A DNA stretch of 64,000 nucleotides from assembly GCA_030770535.1 (NCBI GenBank), contig JASVEC010000002.1, forward strand, positions 1,550,001 to 1,614,000, written 5' to 3'. The notes beneath the pieces were generated by a model, which searched no databases, was not told the DNA's origin, and was given only the letters and a program-made list of their open reading frames with translations. The position numbers were made by a program, and so were the translations under genes. The DNA is from Batkoa obscura (lineage: Eukaryota). Below are positions 25,959-39,070 of the stretch, piece by piece (position 1 is the stretch's first letter; the number at the start of each line of letters is the position of its first letter).

Positions 25959-26059
25959 GGGAGTATTTTTTTTGGCTTCATCACTTTTCTATTTTAAGCG
26001 CTACTTTACTTATGCAGAAAGATTGTTAGTAGAATTCTTAAACAAAAAAATACATTCCT
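25959..26059 (-). mobile_element. MITE family A copy
   Basis: Reverse complement of the consensus; TSD ATTT/ATTT. Confidence 0.8.
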
Positions 26060-26567
26060 ATTTATTAGATATTGCTATTTTACTTGGTATTAATATTTTA
26101 AATTATTTACTTTGAGAATTTCGTTTTCAAAGATAGACTCTATCCTAATATAATAGATAATAAATTAAGTTTTTAAGGGTCAAGTTATCAATAACCAAAT
26201 ATAAAACATCATCAAAAGATATTTGATGTCATTAATGGGAGGAAGATTAAAAATCTAGTATCGGATTTAAAGGTTACAAAATTAAGGGGAGGGTTTTAGA
26301 AATCTAAACAATTATTATTTTTACATTATAACTGAATCGAAGTTAAATAGTCTCAGTCAGGTACAAATATTTCGATCGATTAACCAGTGATATTTCACTT
26401 ATAAAACTACTCTAAACTTTTTTTCGTTCTGACTAATCAAATATGATAAGTTTTTGAATACTCTTATTATTTTATTCTAGATTTATTCTGGTACCATCAT
26501 AGTGTGTGAAAGGTTCCGTTTTATTAAAATTTATTTACAATAGTCAACTTTTCATTTTAAATATGTT

Positions 26568-26614
26568 ATAATATATAGCTTAAATTGACAATATAATATA
26601 TAGCTTAAATTGAC
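26568..26614. repeat. Short tandem duplication (ataatatatagcttaaattgacaa x2)
   Basis: Direct repeat visible in the sequence. Confidence 0.8.
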
Positions 26615-26933
26615 AACAATTTAATCCAAACTAAATTAATAAGCTTTATCTAAATTTTAATAGCAAACATAGATTATTTGTGAATGGGCTATATTATTTA
26701 GTAAAATATGACAGTATTTAAATGTAAAAATAACATTAAAAAAGATCAAGTCCAAAATATTCTATTAAGCTATTCTTATTTTTATTTTATACATTTTGAT
26801 GGTGCCAAATTATTTTTCCACAATCTTAAACTAAATTCATATCTAACTACTACAAAATGGATGGACCAATAAAATAGAATGATTAAATTACCAGACTACA
26901 AAGCAATTTTTTCTAATATTAACTTCTTTAAAC

Positions 26934-29098
26934 ATGAAAAACAATAATTCAAGGATAAATAAGTTTAGTGACTCAAATGGAGATCTTAATGAGAATGGAA
27001 TTTCAGAGCCTAACATTAGTGAAATAAGACATGGATTAGAAGCCTTGGATGATTTAATGGTAATTCTGAAATATGTAACTAATTTAATATTAATTAATAT
27101 TTAGAATAAATATCTTGAAGTAGGGGGGAATAAAATCAAAAATACAGCGATTCAAAGTTTAAATGAAGAAGTTACCAGAAAAAATGGAGGTATTACGACA
27201 ATTACGTACAAAAGAAATTTGGATGAAGAATATATACCAGGAGAAGAAACAAACAAAAGCCAAAGTAAGCACAACGGTAGAAGAGCATCAAGTAGAAATA
27301 GCAATGAGAATTTGGATAAAAATGAATACAATCAGTCTTACTACAGTGAATTGTCTAAAGAAATGCGGAAAAAGAAGGTGAAAAGTGACGGTGTCTTGGA
27401 AGCTGTTAAATATAATGAAAAAAAATTTGGGCTATCAAAAAGTAAATTTCGATTGAGTGAAGCAGAATTAACGGTGGTAAATGGGGGATCTAACCTAAAG
27501 TTGAATAGGAATAACATCAATCGCTCAACATTTAGTGAAGAGGAGCCTTCAATTTTACTTGATAGAAGTTTTGATAGGGATAACTCATTAAACTTAGACG
27601 ATGACATTACGTTTAGTAAAATAGAATCGATGTTAATTGAACCTCAAAAACGAATGGAGCCAATTTATCAAAATCCGAGCTCAATTCAAGTAGACAAAAA
27701 GATTAAACAAGATAGAGGTGATTTATCGACTAGTTTTTTAGAAGGAATTAGTAATGTTAGGGAAAATAGCATTGATGATTTAAATGAAATTCCATTTGAC
27801 AAGCATTTAAATAATAAAAAATTAGATATCAGGTTAGAAGATGATATATTACACAATTTAAGTTTACCAGAAAAGTTGTTCAAATTCAATTTATCAAGTA
27901 ATAACGGCGAAGCGTTTGATATTTTAGAGAATAAAGAAACAGATAAAATGTTTTATAATAAATCAGAAACGGAATTATTAACTACAAATCGTAAAAAAGA
28001 AGGAATAAATCAAAGTCAAGTTAACTTGACTGCAGCACAAAAATTAAAAGTGGAGTTACAAAACATAGAGTTAGAAACCAAGAAAGTCAACATTGATAGA
28101 ATACTTAATAAAAACTATTACGGGAACTATAATGCCCAACATAGTACTCCGCTTTCTAGTAAAAGAAACTACACTAGCAATGATAAGATCGAATTCAGTG
28201 GTAAATATAATTAACTATGCTTTAAAAAATAATTACTAAATATTACAGATTTAAACATTGGAAAAGAAATAAAGGCTAAGCTAGTTAAACTTGATTTTTA
28301 CAAAAAAGTAGAGGTAAATAAGATTCAAACACTATTTAATAATAAATCAATATGTTTACTTTTATTTAGGATAATTATATGGTTGATTATACAGAATTAA
28401 TTCGACTTGGATTTTCAGTTGAACTACGATCAACAATGATAGGTAACCTAGCTACCTTATGTAATAAATTAGAACTGCCTAAGGACGTATTGTTTGAATC
28501 TGTACATCATATGGATCGATTTTTAACTTGTCATAAATTAGTTAAGAATGAACACATAATTTATACTTCTCAATTATGCTTTTATTTTGCAATGTATCTA
28601 TTCAACTCAGAGTGTATCCCATTCAATGAGTTTTTAAATATATGTAATGTTGATTTAAATCGTTATAAAGTATCTCGATATTTCAAGCGAATTAATTATT
28701 TTATCATGGATAACTATCGAACGTACATTCCTATTAATGATTACATAGAATTATTCGTATCTGAGCAAAAGGACTGTTTAAATCCGCTGTTTAAGCAAAT
28801 AGTTAAGTATTTAATGGAAGTAACTTTATACAATGAAAAGTTTTATGAATATAAAAAAAGTTTGATAGTCACTAGTTTAGTCCAGGTTACAAAAGAGATG
28901 TTGCATATTAAAGGATTGATTTTTAACAGTCACATTTTGAATAAAGAGAAAGAAATGGAATTAAAATTAACTCAGCAGCTTTTGAAGCATTCTATTAAAG
29001 CTATCCCAAATTATCCCAGTGATCATACTTATTCGAAAGAGTACAAACATGTACTTTTTATTGTTAAATCTTATTATGGGTTGACTGAAACTAATTAA
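26934..29098 (+). CDS. Divergent cyclin-fold protein with long low-complexity N-terminus (4 exons)
   Basis: ATG at 26934. Introns at ~27060-27104, 28201-28248 and ~28313-28369 join ORFs 27219-28214 and 28379-29098. Cyclin-box-like segments LRSTMIGNL..LELPKDVLFESVHHMDRFL and C-terminal KYLMEVTL...KSLIVTS. Confidence 0.75.
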
Positions 29099-29639
29099 GT
29101 TATACTGGTCAATTTTTCATTTAATTTAATTTTTTGAAGTAATTAATTTTAACAGGATCTGAAAGGGCTTTACATTTGTTGGGTAAATATGTTCTCATTT
29201 ATTATTTTGAATAAAATCTGGGAGTACATTTTTTGCTTAAAGGTTAGTTGCTATTTTTTAGAAGTTTAAGTTGCATAAAAAATGGACAAAATACTATAAA
29301 TAGATATCATGAAGTGTTGACTTAAATTCAGTTAGGCTTTTTACCTAATTGTATTAATATATTCTACTTCATTTCGTTTAGAGTTACGTGCCTGAGGTAC
29401 TGTTTATTTAAGTAGCTTTATAAGCTTTATCCGGAATCAGAATGGGACCTTTTAATTAATAATATGAAACACATCCTATTCAAAGTACAGGAAAATAAGT
29501 AGTGATCAGAACAAACCGGTAATACATACTATATAACTATACATGCTATTGAGCGTAGATACATGGTTTGGAAGTGTACTTCATGAGTTTACCTGAAGAA
29601 TCAAAATCTCAAACCCTTCATAAAAGTAGCCAATGATAT

Positions 29640-29738
29640 GGGGATGTATTTTTGTGTTTAAGAATTTTACTAACAAATTTTCCGCTTAAATAGCGCTTAA
29701 AAAATGGAAAAAATAATGAAGTCAAAAAAAACACTCCC
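29640..29738 (+). mobile_element. MITE family A copy (near-consensus, 99 bp)
   Basis: GGGGATGTAT...ACACTCCC; TSD ATAT. Confidence 0.9.
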
Positions 29739-32635
29739 ATATCCTAATTTATTGCTATTGTAAAAATTCAACTATAATATTTATACAATACCCTGTTATT
29801 TAATCCACTTTTATATAAGTAATAAAACCGTCCCTTAGGAGCTCGTCTTCTTCAAACTAAAAAACATATATCTATATAATAACATGAATTATATAGTAAA
29901 TTTAACTATCATCATAGTTATAAAATTAAAAAACTGTCATAATAGATGCATTATTATACTAATTAAATGTTCATTTTAGATGTTTTTAGCTAATTAAAGT
30001 GTTTTGAAGTATTTTTTATCTTAGAACTTTATTTTAATACTATCATATAACACAATCTAATGAGAGAATTAGCCCAATAGGAGCTGAAAGTGGATTTCTG
30101 CATAAATTCAAATAAAATACAAAGCTTTCACAAAAGAGAGGACAGTTATTTTAGGACAGTAGTAGTAAAAAATAGGACTGATCAGAGTTCGAAATATATT
30201 TGGGCAAATCTAAAGTTTGTAATTGGATTTACTTTATTTCTAGCTACTACTGGTTTAAATTAAATGTGGATTGAGCATTTTTAATTTAACAATGTATCCC
30301 ATGCCATGTTTAAACTCAGTAATTACAAAAAAAATGGCCAATACACATTCAACTTAAACTAGTAGTATCATTTGTATTTATATACAAATATAATGAAATC
30401 TGCTTTATTTTATTTGTCTTACAAAGCACTGTATGATACAAAAATTAAGCAAACTATTAAATTATTTTATTAATGTCCTATAGATATAAGTTATACACTT
30501 TATTAATTCTATTAACACAAACTGATCAGTTGTTTTGAATCCATCCTACTATTAAAATACTATTTATAGTAAGTTATTTATTAAAACGTGATTTAATAAT
30601 TTGTACAGGTTTTATTTTGAAAGAGGATCATTTTTATCCCTTGTCATTAATAAAGATAAATCAATTGCTAATGAAAAGATAAAATTGGTAAAGGTAGATT
30701 TTAATTTATCCAAATCTACCTGTAATATGGAACCCCTAACCTGAAAAACGTACATCAAAATAGCATCTAGCTGTGCTTCATTAAATCATAGTTTGACACA
30801 AGGCCTTTGTTTTAGCATCAATTAAATAGTAATACGGTTTGAGTAGACTATTTACTTTGAAAATGGTGAAAAAAATCGAAACATCAGCTTTTATTTTTTT
30901 TCTTGTTTTGAGATGCAAGTACAATAGTTTGTCGCTGTAATTACTTATTTTAACAATGTTACGATTATTTTTAGTTCATTAAAGTTTATGGGTATAATAA
31001 ATAGAAAAAATTCTTGTTTTTATATAACTATACCTTTTTAAAAAACATTAAAAATAATAATTGAATATTGGTATTATAAATATTACAGGAAATATTATTT
31101 GTGTATTTATCATACTTTTAAGTTTATTTAAAATTAAATTTTCAAATAAGTCAAAAATCATTTTCCGCCTATTCATATAAATAGTTTTACATTGAAGTTT
31201 ATCATACCACAAATATCTTTAGTAATTTTCATGTTTTAAAATATAAAGGCAGTTTAAGTAAATCGTCAATAAGAGACCATGTTATAAAAATGCTATTAAC
31301 TTCGGAGTGTAGATACGTATTCAAATAGGACAAGGGATAGAAATTTTGTGATATTAAAAATTTATTAAATTTATTGTAATTTGTGATATCTTTATAGTTT
31401 CATATTCTTGTCAAATTTGCCTATTTTTAACTATAATATAAAGACTCATGACATGAATTCTTGGGAGGTATTTTTTATACTTTTCTATTGAATTATTTCA
31501 TTAGCATTTTACATATCAATAACATAGCTATAATATCTAATAGTGTAATCATCATGTAGTGCAACTATATAATAGCTTGAAAATAATCTAAGTTAAAACT
31601 CAAAATTCAATTCTTTATTGTATAGCTAATCAGATAAAAGGAACTACTTCAAACGCTATTTTATCTAGAATCAAATTATATTGTAAAAACTAATCCAGCC
31701 AAGATCGATATCTTCTATTAGAAACATTTTGGAAGTATAATTTGATAATTATTAAGATTGACTTTTAAGATGCTTTCCGCCATTCATGACTAGGTTTAGG
31801 GGATAAGATTAAACGAGTTTATTATATTGAAAATGATTCTAATTTTTAAAAAAAGTATTTATTCAAAATTATTAGGTTCATAAACAAAAAACAATTGGTT
31901 GAAAACTAGTTTAATAATCTTGGTTAATATTTACTTGTTAGGGGAGTTGTTTTTAAAATATTAAAATTGTATAATAGCTTACCATTTTAGTAAAATTTTC
32001 AAAAAGGGTACTTTTATTACCAATCATTATTTGTATGTGTCTACTCTAAAGTCGATATAATTATAGGTTGAGAACAATATTGTAAATATTCTCATCAAAT
32101 TTGTCTAAATCAATATTTAATAGTCTATATCAAAATATATATTTATGGTTTATAGAAAGATATAGATGCATAACTAATGGAAATATAAGCCTAGAACAAG
32201 TGTTTTTTAACATGTTTAGTCTAAGCTTATTACAATTTATAAGAATGCCTTGTAAAATTTATTTAATTCACAACATTATCTAAAAAAACAGTGTAATGTC
32301 TTATTGACTTTGTTTGGGTAATTTGAGTTATACTAATTTCTTATATCAAGCTTTATGTAAATTGCTTATACTTATAATTGTTAGAGGAAACAATGTACTG
32401 AAGATAGTCATAAAAAAAACTTACATTACTAGTTAATAATCTAAAAATAATACATGAATGAATTTGAGTAAAACCCAAAACTTTTATTGATAAAAAAATG
32501 TTTCAAAGCCAAAAGATATATACAAAGCTTGAAAAACGCAATAGAATTAATGATATACTGTTATAGTAAAAGATAATCGAGTATTTTGGGGGATAACTAG
32601 ATCTTCGAAATGAGCATATAAACAAAAAGAATAAA

Positions 32636-33079
32636 TCAAAGTTTAAAGTAACTAAGGTATGCATTATGGCCATAGTAAGCTGAGCTACGAGTAATACTCA
32701 AAGCCTGGCGCTTATTTTGGAACCAAATCTGGATCGCCCTTGGAGTCATTTTTAATCGTTCAGCCAGCTGAATTCTATCAAGAGTTGAGGGAAAAGAGTT
32801 AATTTTGAATACTTGCTCTAAAATTCGAGTTTGAGTATTATCAGCTCTTTTACGTTTAGGTTTAAGGTTCTTGGTATTATATGGTAAATGCTCATAATAT
32901 TTATCTTTCATCGATGAAGGAGCACATGTATTGATTGGAGCCAAACACAAAAGGGATTCAGATGAAAGTGGGGTAATGTCTGAAAATGCTTTCCTCTCAG
33001 GGTATTCTATAAGATCCTTTTCAGATGATTCAGAGTTCAAAATGAAGTTAAGGCTAAAATAGGTACTCTTTTCACTCAT
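32636..33079 (-). CDS. Homeodomain transcription factor HD4 (Q50, intronless)
   Basis: KPKRKRADNTQTRILEQVFKINSFPSTLDRIQLAERLKMTPRAIQIWFQNKRQ; N-terminal FSLNFILN; TATATAAA ~42 bp upstream. Confidence 0.94.
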   Translation of the reverse strand: MSEKSTYFSLNFILNSESSEKDLIEYPERKAFSDITPLSSESLLCLAPINTCAPSSMKDKYYEHLPYNTKNLKPKRKRADNTQTRILEQVFKINSFPSTLDRIQLAERLKMTPRAIQIWFQNKRQALSITRSSAYYGHNAYLSYFKL

Positions 33080-34147
33080 AATAGCTTAAAGATATTTAAA
33101 GTTTTAAGGAAAATGTATTCTTTATATACTTTTCAAATCTTTATTTTTTGTATCTGAGCTCACTCTTATAATAAACAGGATATAATGCATTATTAATAAT
33201 TAAAACTATGGTGGTATTATTACTTTTTAAAGAAGATTTTTATTTATAAGGGAGGACATGAATTTATGAAAAAGTTTATATATAAAAAGAACAGCCGAAA
33301 TGTTCAACTGCAGATAAGCTAACCAAATGAAATTTTGAACTTATTAAAACTAAATACTATGTACTTATATTTTCTCGAAATAATCTATTGATAGTAACTA
33401 TTAAATTGGATAGTAATAAAAAGTTGTATAGTTCTAATTAAATAAAGGAATAGAAAGAAACGGGTGTTGTTTTTATCATTATAAAAAGTATCATTGAATT
33501 AACAAAAATGAAAAGCTTACATAGCAGGTTTTTACATCTACTATTATTTTGCAAAACCTGAATAAAATATGATTTTGATTCTTAAAATTAAATAAAATAC
33601 AAACCAATAAAAAACATAACTACACAAACATGACTAAAACCTTTGCAGGTTCTTTATGTTTAAATCAAAATAAATCGCTTTTTAAAAATAAATTACTTTA
33701 AAAGAGTTTTTTAAAAGTGTTTGTACAAAACTTTTGCAAGTTCAAATAAATCAGAATATTATTTTATAGGTAATAGAGTGTTGGAATTGAAAATATTTGT
33801 ATTTTGAATAATTTCATTTATATATATTAAATATTATATTTACTATTTTAATAATATGGTTTTTCTATAATTTTTACAATTAATCATTTTTATTAGCTTA
33901 AATTATTTATAGACAACTTTTATTTTGAAAATGTTAAAAATATTATTCTAAATTTAGCTGCTATGATTATGTTGGGATATTGACAAATATTTTTTAACTT
34001 TTTTAAGTATAATTATAAATTATTTTTTTACATTTAACCAATGTTTGATTTTTTTAATTAAAACTTATATATTAATAAATAAAAATTTGAAACCAAAGTT
34101 AAAATTTACAATAAATAATATTCACTGCAATTTTTTTAAATAATAAT

Positions 34148-34246
34148 GGGAGTGTTTTTTTTGACTTCATTATTTTTTCCATTTTTTAAGCGCTATTTGA
34201 GGGGAAAATTTGTTAGTAAAATTCTTAAACACAAAAATACATCCCC
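34148..34246 (-). mobile_element. MITE family A copy
   Basis: Reverse complement of the consensus, near-intact. Confidence 0.88.
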
Positions 34247-34823
34247 AATATTAAAACCTAAATTTTATTTTTTGTTAAATAACCTATAATTTATACTAAG
34301 TTTTCATAATGATATTTTTAAACAAAAGTTCTTATTATTTCAGTTTTATTAAAAATAAACTATACGTAGTAATAAGAATACCATTGTTTTAATCTTTACT
34401 ACAAAACATCAAAGTAATGTAACCTATAATTATTATTTTAAATTTTGATTTTTCTATTCAAGCAAACATTTAAAAACTGATTGGCTCTAAGTATTTTAAA
34501 ATACAGATACATTCAGAGGTAAATTTTAGTCTAAATTAAACCTTTGAAATACTTTAAGGAATCCTACATATGGGAATAAAGTTTTAATTTATAGAGTCAA
34601 ACGCTTATAGTAAAGCCATATACTAAAGCATAGTGTATATAAAATCTGAATTATGAAATTGTAAAAAGGTATAGGAATGCCTTTCTTGTTTTGGTACTCA
34701 ACCAATTGGTTAAGGTCTTAGAGAATTGGTACTATAATAGCTTCTCCAAATTTTCTTTAAAAATGAAAGCCAGCTAAAAAACCCCAATTAAAAAAATAAT
34801 TACAGCAATTCTAAATATGATGT

Positions 34824-34857
34824 GGAGATGCATTTTTGTGTTTAAGGACACATCCCC
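34824..34857 (+). mobile_element. MITE family A, 34-bp internally deleted mini-copy
   Basis: ggagatgcatttttgtgtttaagg-acacatcccc retains both ends; flanks atgt/atat. Confidence 0.65.
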
Positions 34858-35207
34858 ATATGCCACCCTTAACTCTAACTCTAATCTAATCTAATCTAAT
34901 CTACGTTTTACTTTAATCAATTTGTGTAAGTAAAGACAATACAATAATTTATGTTTTAGAGATTTATTAATAGTTTTTTATTTGGCTTTATAAACTGTTT
35001 CATCGATTTTTTAAAATTTTTAATAACACTAGTTCTTTAAGACCTTGATTAATATTTTTTTAGTTTCTGTAAGAATAGACAAAAAAATGAAATTAAAAAA
35101 GACATTGCAGCATGCCAACTTTTTATTATAATTAATTTAACTAGAGTATATGTGATAAAAAATTGGAAATTAGATGACAAAATTCAAATAGTTATTTAAT
35201 ATCAATT

Positions 35208-36241
35208 TTACATTAATTTCGGGGAAGCTTTGAAATAGGCAATAGGTAGATCACAAGAGTTGGTCCCATCTAAAGACTCCGTTTCAGATTTATCAAAGGC
35301 ATTTGTTTCTGGGGCAGAGTTTGGAAAATAAAAGCTGGAATCATCTGGAATATCAGGAGTGTGATTTTTAGGTTTTTTATTTTCCTTAGATAAATCTTTA
35401 TCAGTAAAGTTAGATGGTTCAACTTTCATCCTTCTTTTTGTTTCCTCTTTTCCACCCTTTTCGTCATTAGAACCAGCTACAGAATCCATTAATTGTTTAT
35501 ACTGTTCTGGAGGAATAGTCCAATAGATGGGCTCTAACATATTATTGTAGGTCGATAAATCTAAAGAATCAGATTAAAATTTAAAACAATAACAGTTATC
35601 TATTACTCATTATTTTATCTTCTTTCATAATAGTTTTATATAAAGTTGATATTAATTCACTATGATGGTATAGACTTAAAACATTAGAAAATCACATATT
35701 GAAAATTTCAAGGAAGTAATACCCATAATCTTTCGAAATGTTTTCACAATAACTCAGAACATTATCATCAAATGATAAATTCATTTCCTTTTCATTTCCT
35801 GTTACTTTCTCCTTTTCCTTTGATTGTAATATTTTAAGCTTGTCAATAATCAATATACACGCTGAGCCAAACTTGAATTCATACCTTCTTTTATTGTATC
35901 TTTTTAGCTCCACTGAATAACTTTTTTCAAACTGGTTATCCCAAGAAGTGAGAATGCAGACGACACTGTAAACATCAGATCTAAAAAGCGCAACAAATAT
36001 ATCTTTCTCATCATTATTATTAACTTCTGACATTTTTATTTCCTTTTTGTTAATTAGTCCTACTTTATAATTCAATTTATGTACCTATTATTCATTAAAA
36101 GACTAAATCAACATAAATTTATATTACTTCTTCTATAATTCCTTTTCTACTCTTTTTACACCATTCTTGTGACTCGTTACTTTTTTCCAACAACTCATGG
36201 GATACCATTGTGTTTTCCAACCATCCTTTTTCCTCCCCCAT
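35208..36241 (-). CDS. Hypothetical multi-exon protein
   Basis: ATG at 36241 (MGEEKGWLENTMVSHELLEK...), donor at ~36127 and acceptor at ~36085 lead into ORF 35692-36075. Further short introns lead into ORF 35208-35540. No recognisable domain. Confidence 0.55.
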
Positions 36242-36308
36242 TTTTTAAGAAGAAGTTAGATGGTTTTATTTATACAATAAAATATTTGTAAAAAATGAAT
36301 TGTAAAAA

Positions 36309-36900
36309 ATTCCAGAGTCATTTTCAGATTTATATAAAATGACTCGGATTTTTGCAAAGTTGCTTCAGTTTTTGATTGACTAGATCTGGAGAAACTAAAA
36401 AATCGCTTAAGATTTGTTAGTGTAATTTTAAGCTAGAAATCAAAATTATTCAGATATTAGCATAACTATCAATACATATTCAAATAAATAACAATTCATA
36501 AATAGATGTTTTAAAATAATATGAACAAGTCAAAATAAATATTTTTGTCGTTGTATGCAACTAAATTCTTATTAAATGTTAGAAGAAATCGATAATTCGA
36601 TAATTTTAAATTTAAATTCATCTATGCTTGAGTCAATATTTAGGGATATATTTTTATATTTATGAATTTTACTAACAATTTTTCCGCTCAAATAGGGCTT
36701 AAAGATGGAAAAAGTAATGAAACCAAAAAAAACATCCCCATATTTTTGTCCAAATTTTACTTTGTGCAATTTTTAGTTTAAAATTACCCTAACAAATCTT
36801 AAGCGATTTTTTAGTTTCTCCAGATCTAGTCAATCAAAAACTGAAGCAACTTTGCAAAAATCCGAGTCATTTTATATAAATCTGAAAATGACTCTGGAAT
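36309..36900. mobile_element. 592-bp element with long terminal inverted repeats (fold-back/MITE-like)
   Basis: 36309-36420 is the exact reverse complement of 36789-36900 (112 bp), extending ~20 bp inward with mismatches. Contains a nested family A MITE. Confidence 0.75.
36642..36739 (+). mobile_element. MITE family A copy nested in the long-TIR element
   Basis: Consensus match. Confidence 0.85.
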
Positions 36901-36964
36901 CCTATATGGAGCTTTGCACTTTTTCGCAAATTATATGCAATTAAAAATTATAAAAATAAGGAAT

Positions 36965-39070
36965 TTATTTGATAAATTTCTTTTCAGATAAAATTGAATT
37001 AATCAATAGGATACAAAGCGAGGAGTCAACAGTAAAAGCAAAGCAAAGATTATTAGTAGAAAAAAGCAACTCCTTACCTCTTTTGATTTGGTTAATTAGA
37101 TCAGCTTTATAATCTTGATTGAAATTTGAGTATTGATCTATAAGGAAAAAGAGACAAATAGTTAATACTGGACACCTTGAAGCAAAATACTTGTTAGTAT
37201 TAAATATTTGCTCCTCAATATTAAAGATTTCTTTGCATATGTTTAAACCCAGGTCTACATATTTATTGTGTATTTTTGCATTTGGATATTTTAGCAACGC
37301 TTTGTTGTGATACATAAAGCTAGATGACAGTTTATAAACATTTGATTTTAGCTCATCAACAGTTATATCAGTATTTTCTCTACAGCACGAATAGCTTGTT
37401 TTGAAAGGTATAGTAATAACTGGCATTAAACTAGGATTTGGTAAAGGTATTTCAAAATCAATATAGAATACTAACTGAATAGTTTTTAAAAACGCACATA
37501 ATGAATGTAAGGATACGTAACCTAAAACTGCGAATATTGGGCGCCACAAAGGCTCTCGATCAATAGGTAATAAACCCGGTTTAGGAAGGTATGGGCCTAA
37601 ATTAGTAATCAAATTATGCTGGAAATTTACTTGTACTTTACGTATTTCTATTAATAGCCAAGAGATACTTTCTATCAATTCGCTACTATTCAAACTGCCA
37701 TTTAAAACATTATTTCTAGTAAAACATATGTAGCTCATTACCCTAGATAAATGCAATAAAGTGCTGCTTATTAACAGCGAACAAATATTGCCAAAGAATG
37801 AATTAACATCTTTTGGATGAAGATTAGTATGTGAAAACAAAATATTTGGATGAAACTGAAGTTCTTTTTTCTTGAAATAGTATATTACAGAGTAAAATGT
37901 ACATGGAACGTTCATTCCTAGGGCTGATAATGCTTCAAAGTAGATGATTCGATTATATGCCATCCTTCTTTCAATTTTGATTTTGATATTCAGTTTTTTT
38001 GGGTACTTTTTTTGATGTAATCCTAAACAGTGAGATATTTCCAGCATCATGCCATAATTAAATTTAATTGGTGATGTACCCCAGTTATAGTGCTGTAAAC
38101 CATGTATAGTAATTAGTATTGCTTGTAAAGAATCTAGACTTGGATGAGTATATGTGCTTCTTAATCCAATATAAACTTGGTAATGCAAGTATTTTAATAA
38201 AATCTGATCCTGCTCTTCAGTCGGTAACAAATGGATTCCGCAAGCCCATAACGCCGACAGTAAGAATATCGATCTTTCTTGTCTCTTGAAACTACTTTCA
38301 AGGAACAGTGGTAGAAATCTATTTACACAATCAAAATATATTTTTTCAGCTTTCAAAATAATACATTGATGCTTTTCTATCACTTGATAAAAAGTAGACT
38401 TAAAAAAATAGGGTAAAGTTGCTAAAGATGAGTAATCTGCTTTTGATATATCTGGAAGTTGGGCCTTTTTACTTAAACTTAAGAAGCTTTCCAGACCCGG
38501 GGTCTTTTTGTCCTGATACAAAGGAAAATTAAATAATACTTGAAGAAAACTTATCCAACCTCCCCTTGGACTATTGAAATTTATAAGCTTGACAGATTCA
38601 TTCCATTTATTTAAACTATGGAACGATATCATTGTGGAATCTTTCTTTCGAATATGTTTGTCGTTTGATTTTTGACTCTCAATAAATGTAACTCTTGTTT
38701 TGAATTTGTCCATAAGCCCCCATTTTTCTACTTTAAAATCAATACTATTCTGTTGTTTGCTATTTCCATTTTGATCTAATTCTACTTCTCTGAACGTTTT
38801 TAAGTTATCGCAAACTGAGGTAGATTTTGGTAATCTTAATAATATATTATGTGTAATAGTTTCTCTTACACTATTTTTTTTTCTACCTGATTTTCTTTGA
38901 TAGCTGCATTCTTTTTTCCTTATAGCACATGGTTTACAAGTTGGGTAAGTCCTATCACATTTTCTTTTTCGTTTGTAGCAGTCATTACATGATTGGAATT
39001 GAATCTGTTCGATTTTCGAACTACAAGTTATTGAATTAGCGCCTTGTTTTTGAATACCCTTTGAATCCAT
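36965..39070 (-). CDS. Zn(II)2Cys6 fungal transcription factor with middle homology region
   Basis: CNDCYKRKRKCDRTYPTCKPCAIRKKEC zinc cluster; downstream YFDCVNRFLPLF, LQAILI, LGLH and ERR motifs of the Fungal_trans domain; intronless, 701 aa. Confidence 0.95.
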   Translation of the reverse strand: MDSKGIQKQGANSITCSSKIEQIQFQSCNDCYKRKRKCDRTYPTCKPCAIRKKECSYQRKSGRKKNSVRETITHNILLRLPKSTSVCDNLKTFREVELDQNGNSKQQNSIDFKVEKWGLMDKFKTRVTFIESQKSNDKHIRKKDSTMISFHSLNKWNESVKLINFNSPRGGWISFLQVLFNFPLYQDKKTPGLESFLSLSKKAQLPDISKADYSSLATLPYFFKSTFYQVIEKHQCIILKAEKIYFDCVNRFLPLFLESSFKRQERSIFLLSALWACGIHLLPTEEQDQILLKYLHYQVYIGLRSTYTHPSLDSLQAILITIHGLQHYNWGTSPIKFNYGMMLEISHCLGLHQKKYPKKLNIKIKIERRMAYNRIIYFEALSALGMNVPCTFYSVIYYFKKKELQFHPNILFSHTNLHPKDVNSFFGNICSLLISSTLLHLSRVMSYICFTRNNVLNGSLNSSELIESISWLLIEIRKVQVNFQHNLITNLGPYLPKPGLLPIDREPLWRPIFAVLGYVSLHSLCAFLKTIQLVFYIDFEIPLPNPSLMPVITIPFKTSYSCCRENTDITVDELKSNVYKLSSSFMYHNKALLKYPNAKIHNKYVDLGLNICKEIFNIEEQIFNTNKYFASRCPVLTICLFFLIDQYSNFNQDYKADLINQIKRGKELLFSTNNLCFAFTVDSSLCILLINSILSEKKFIK

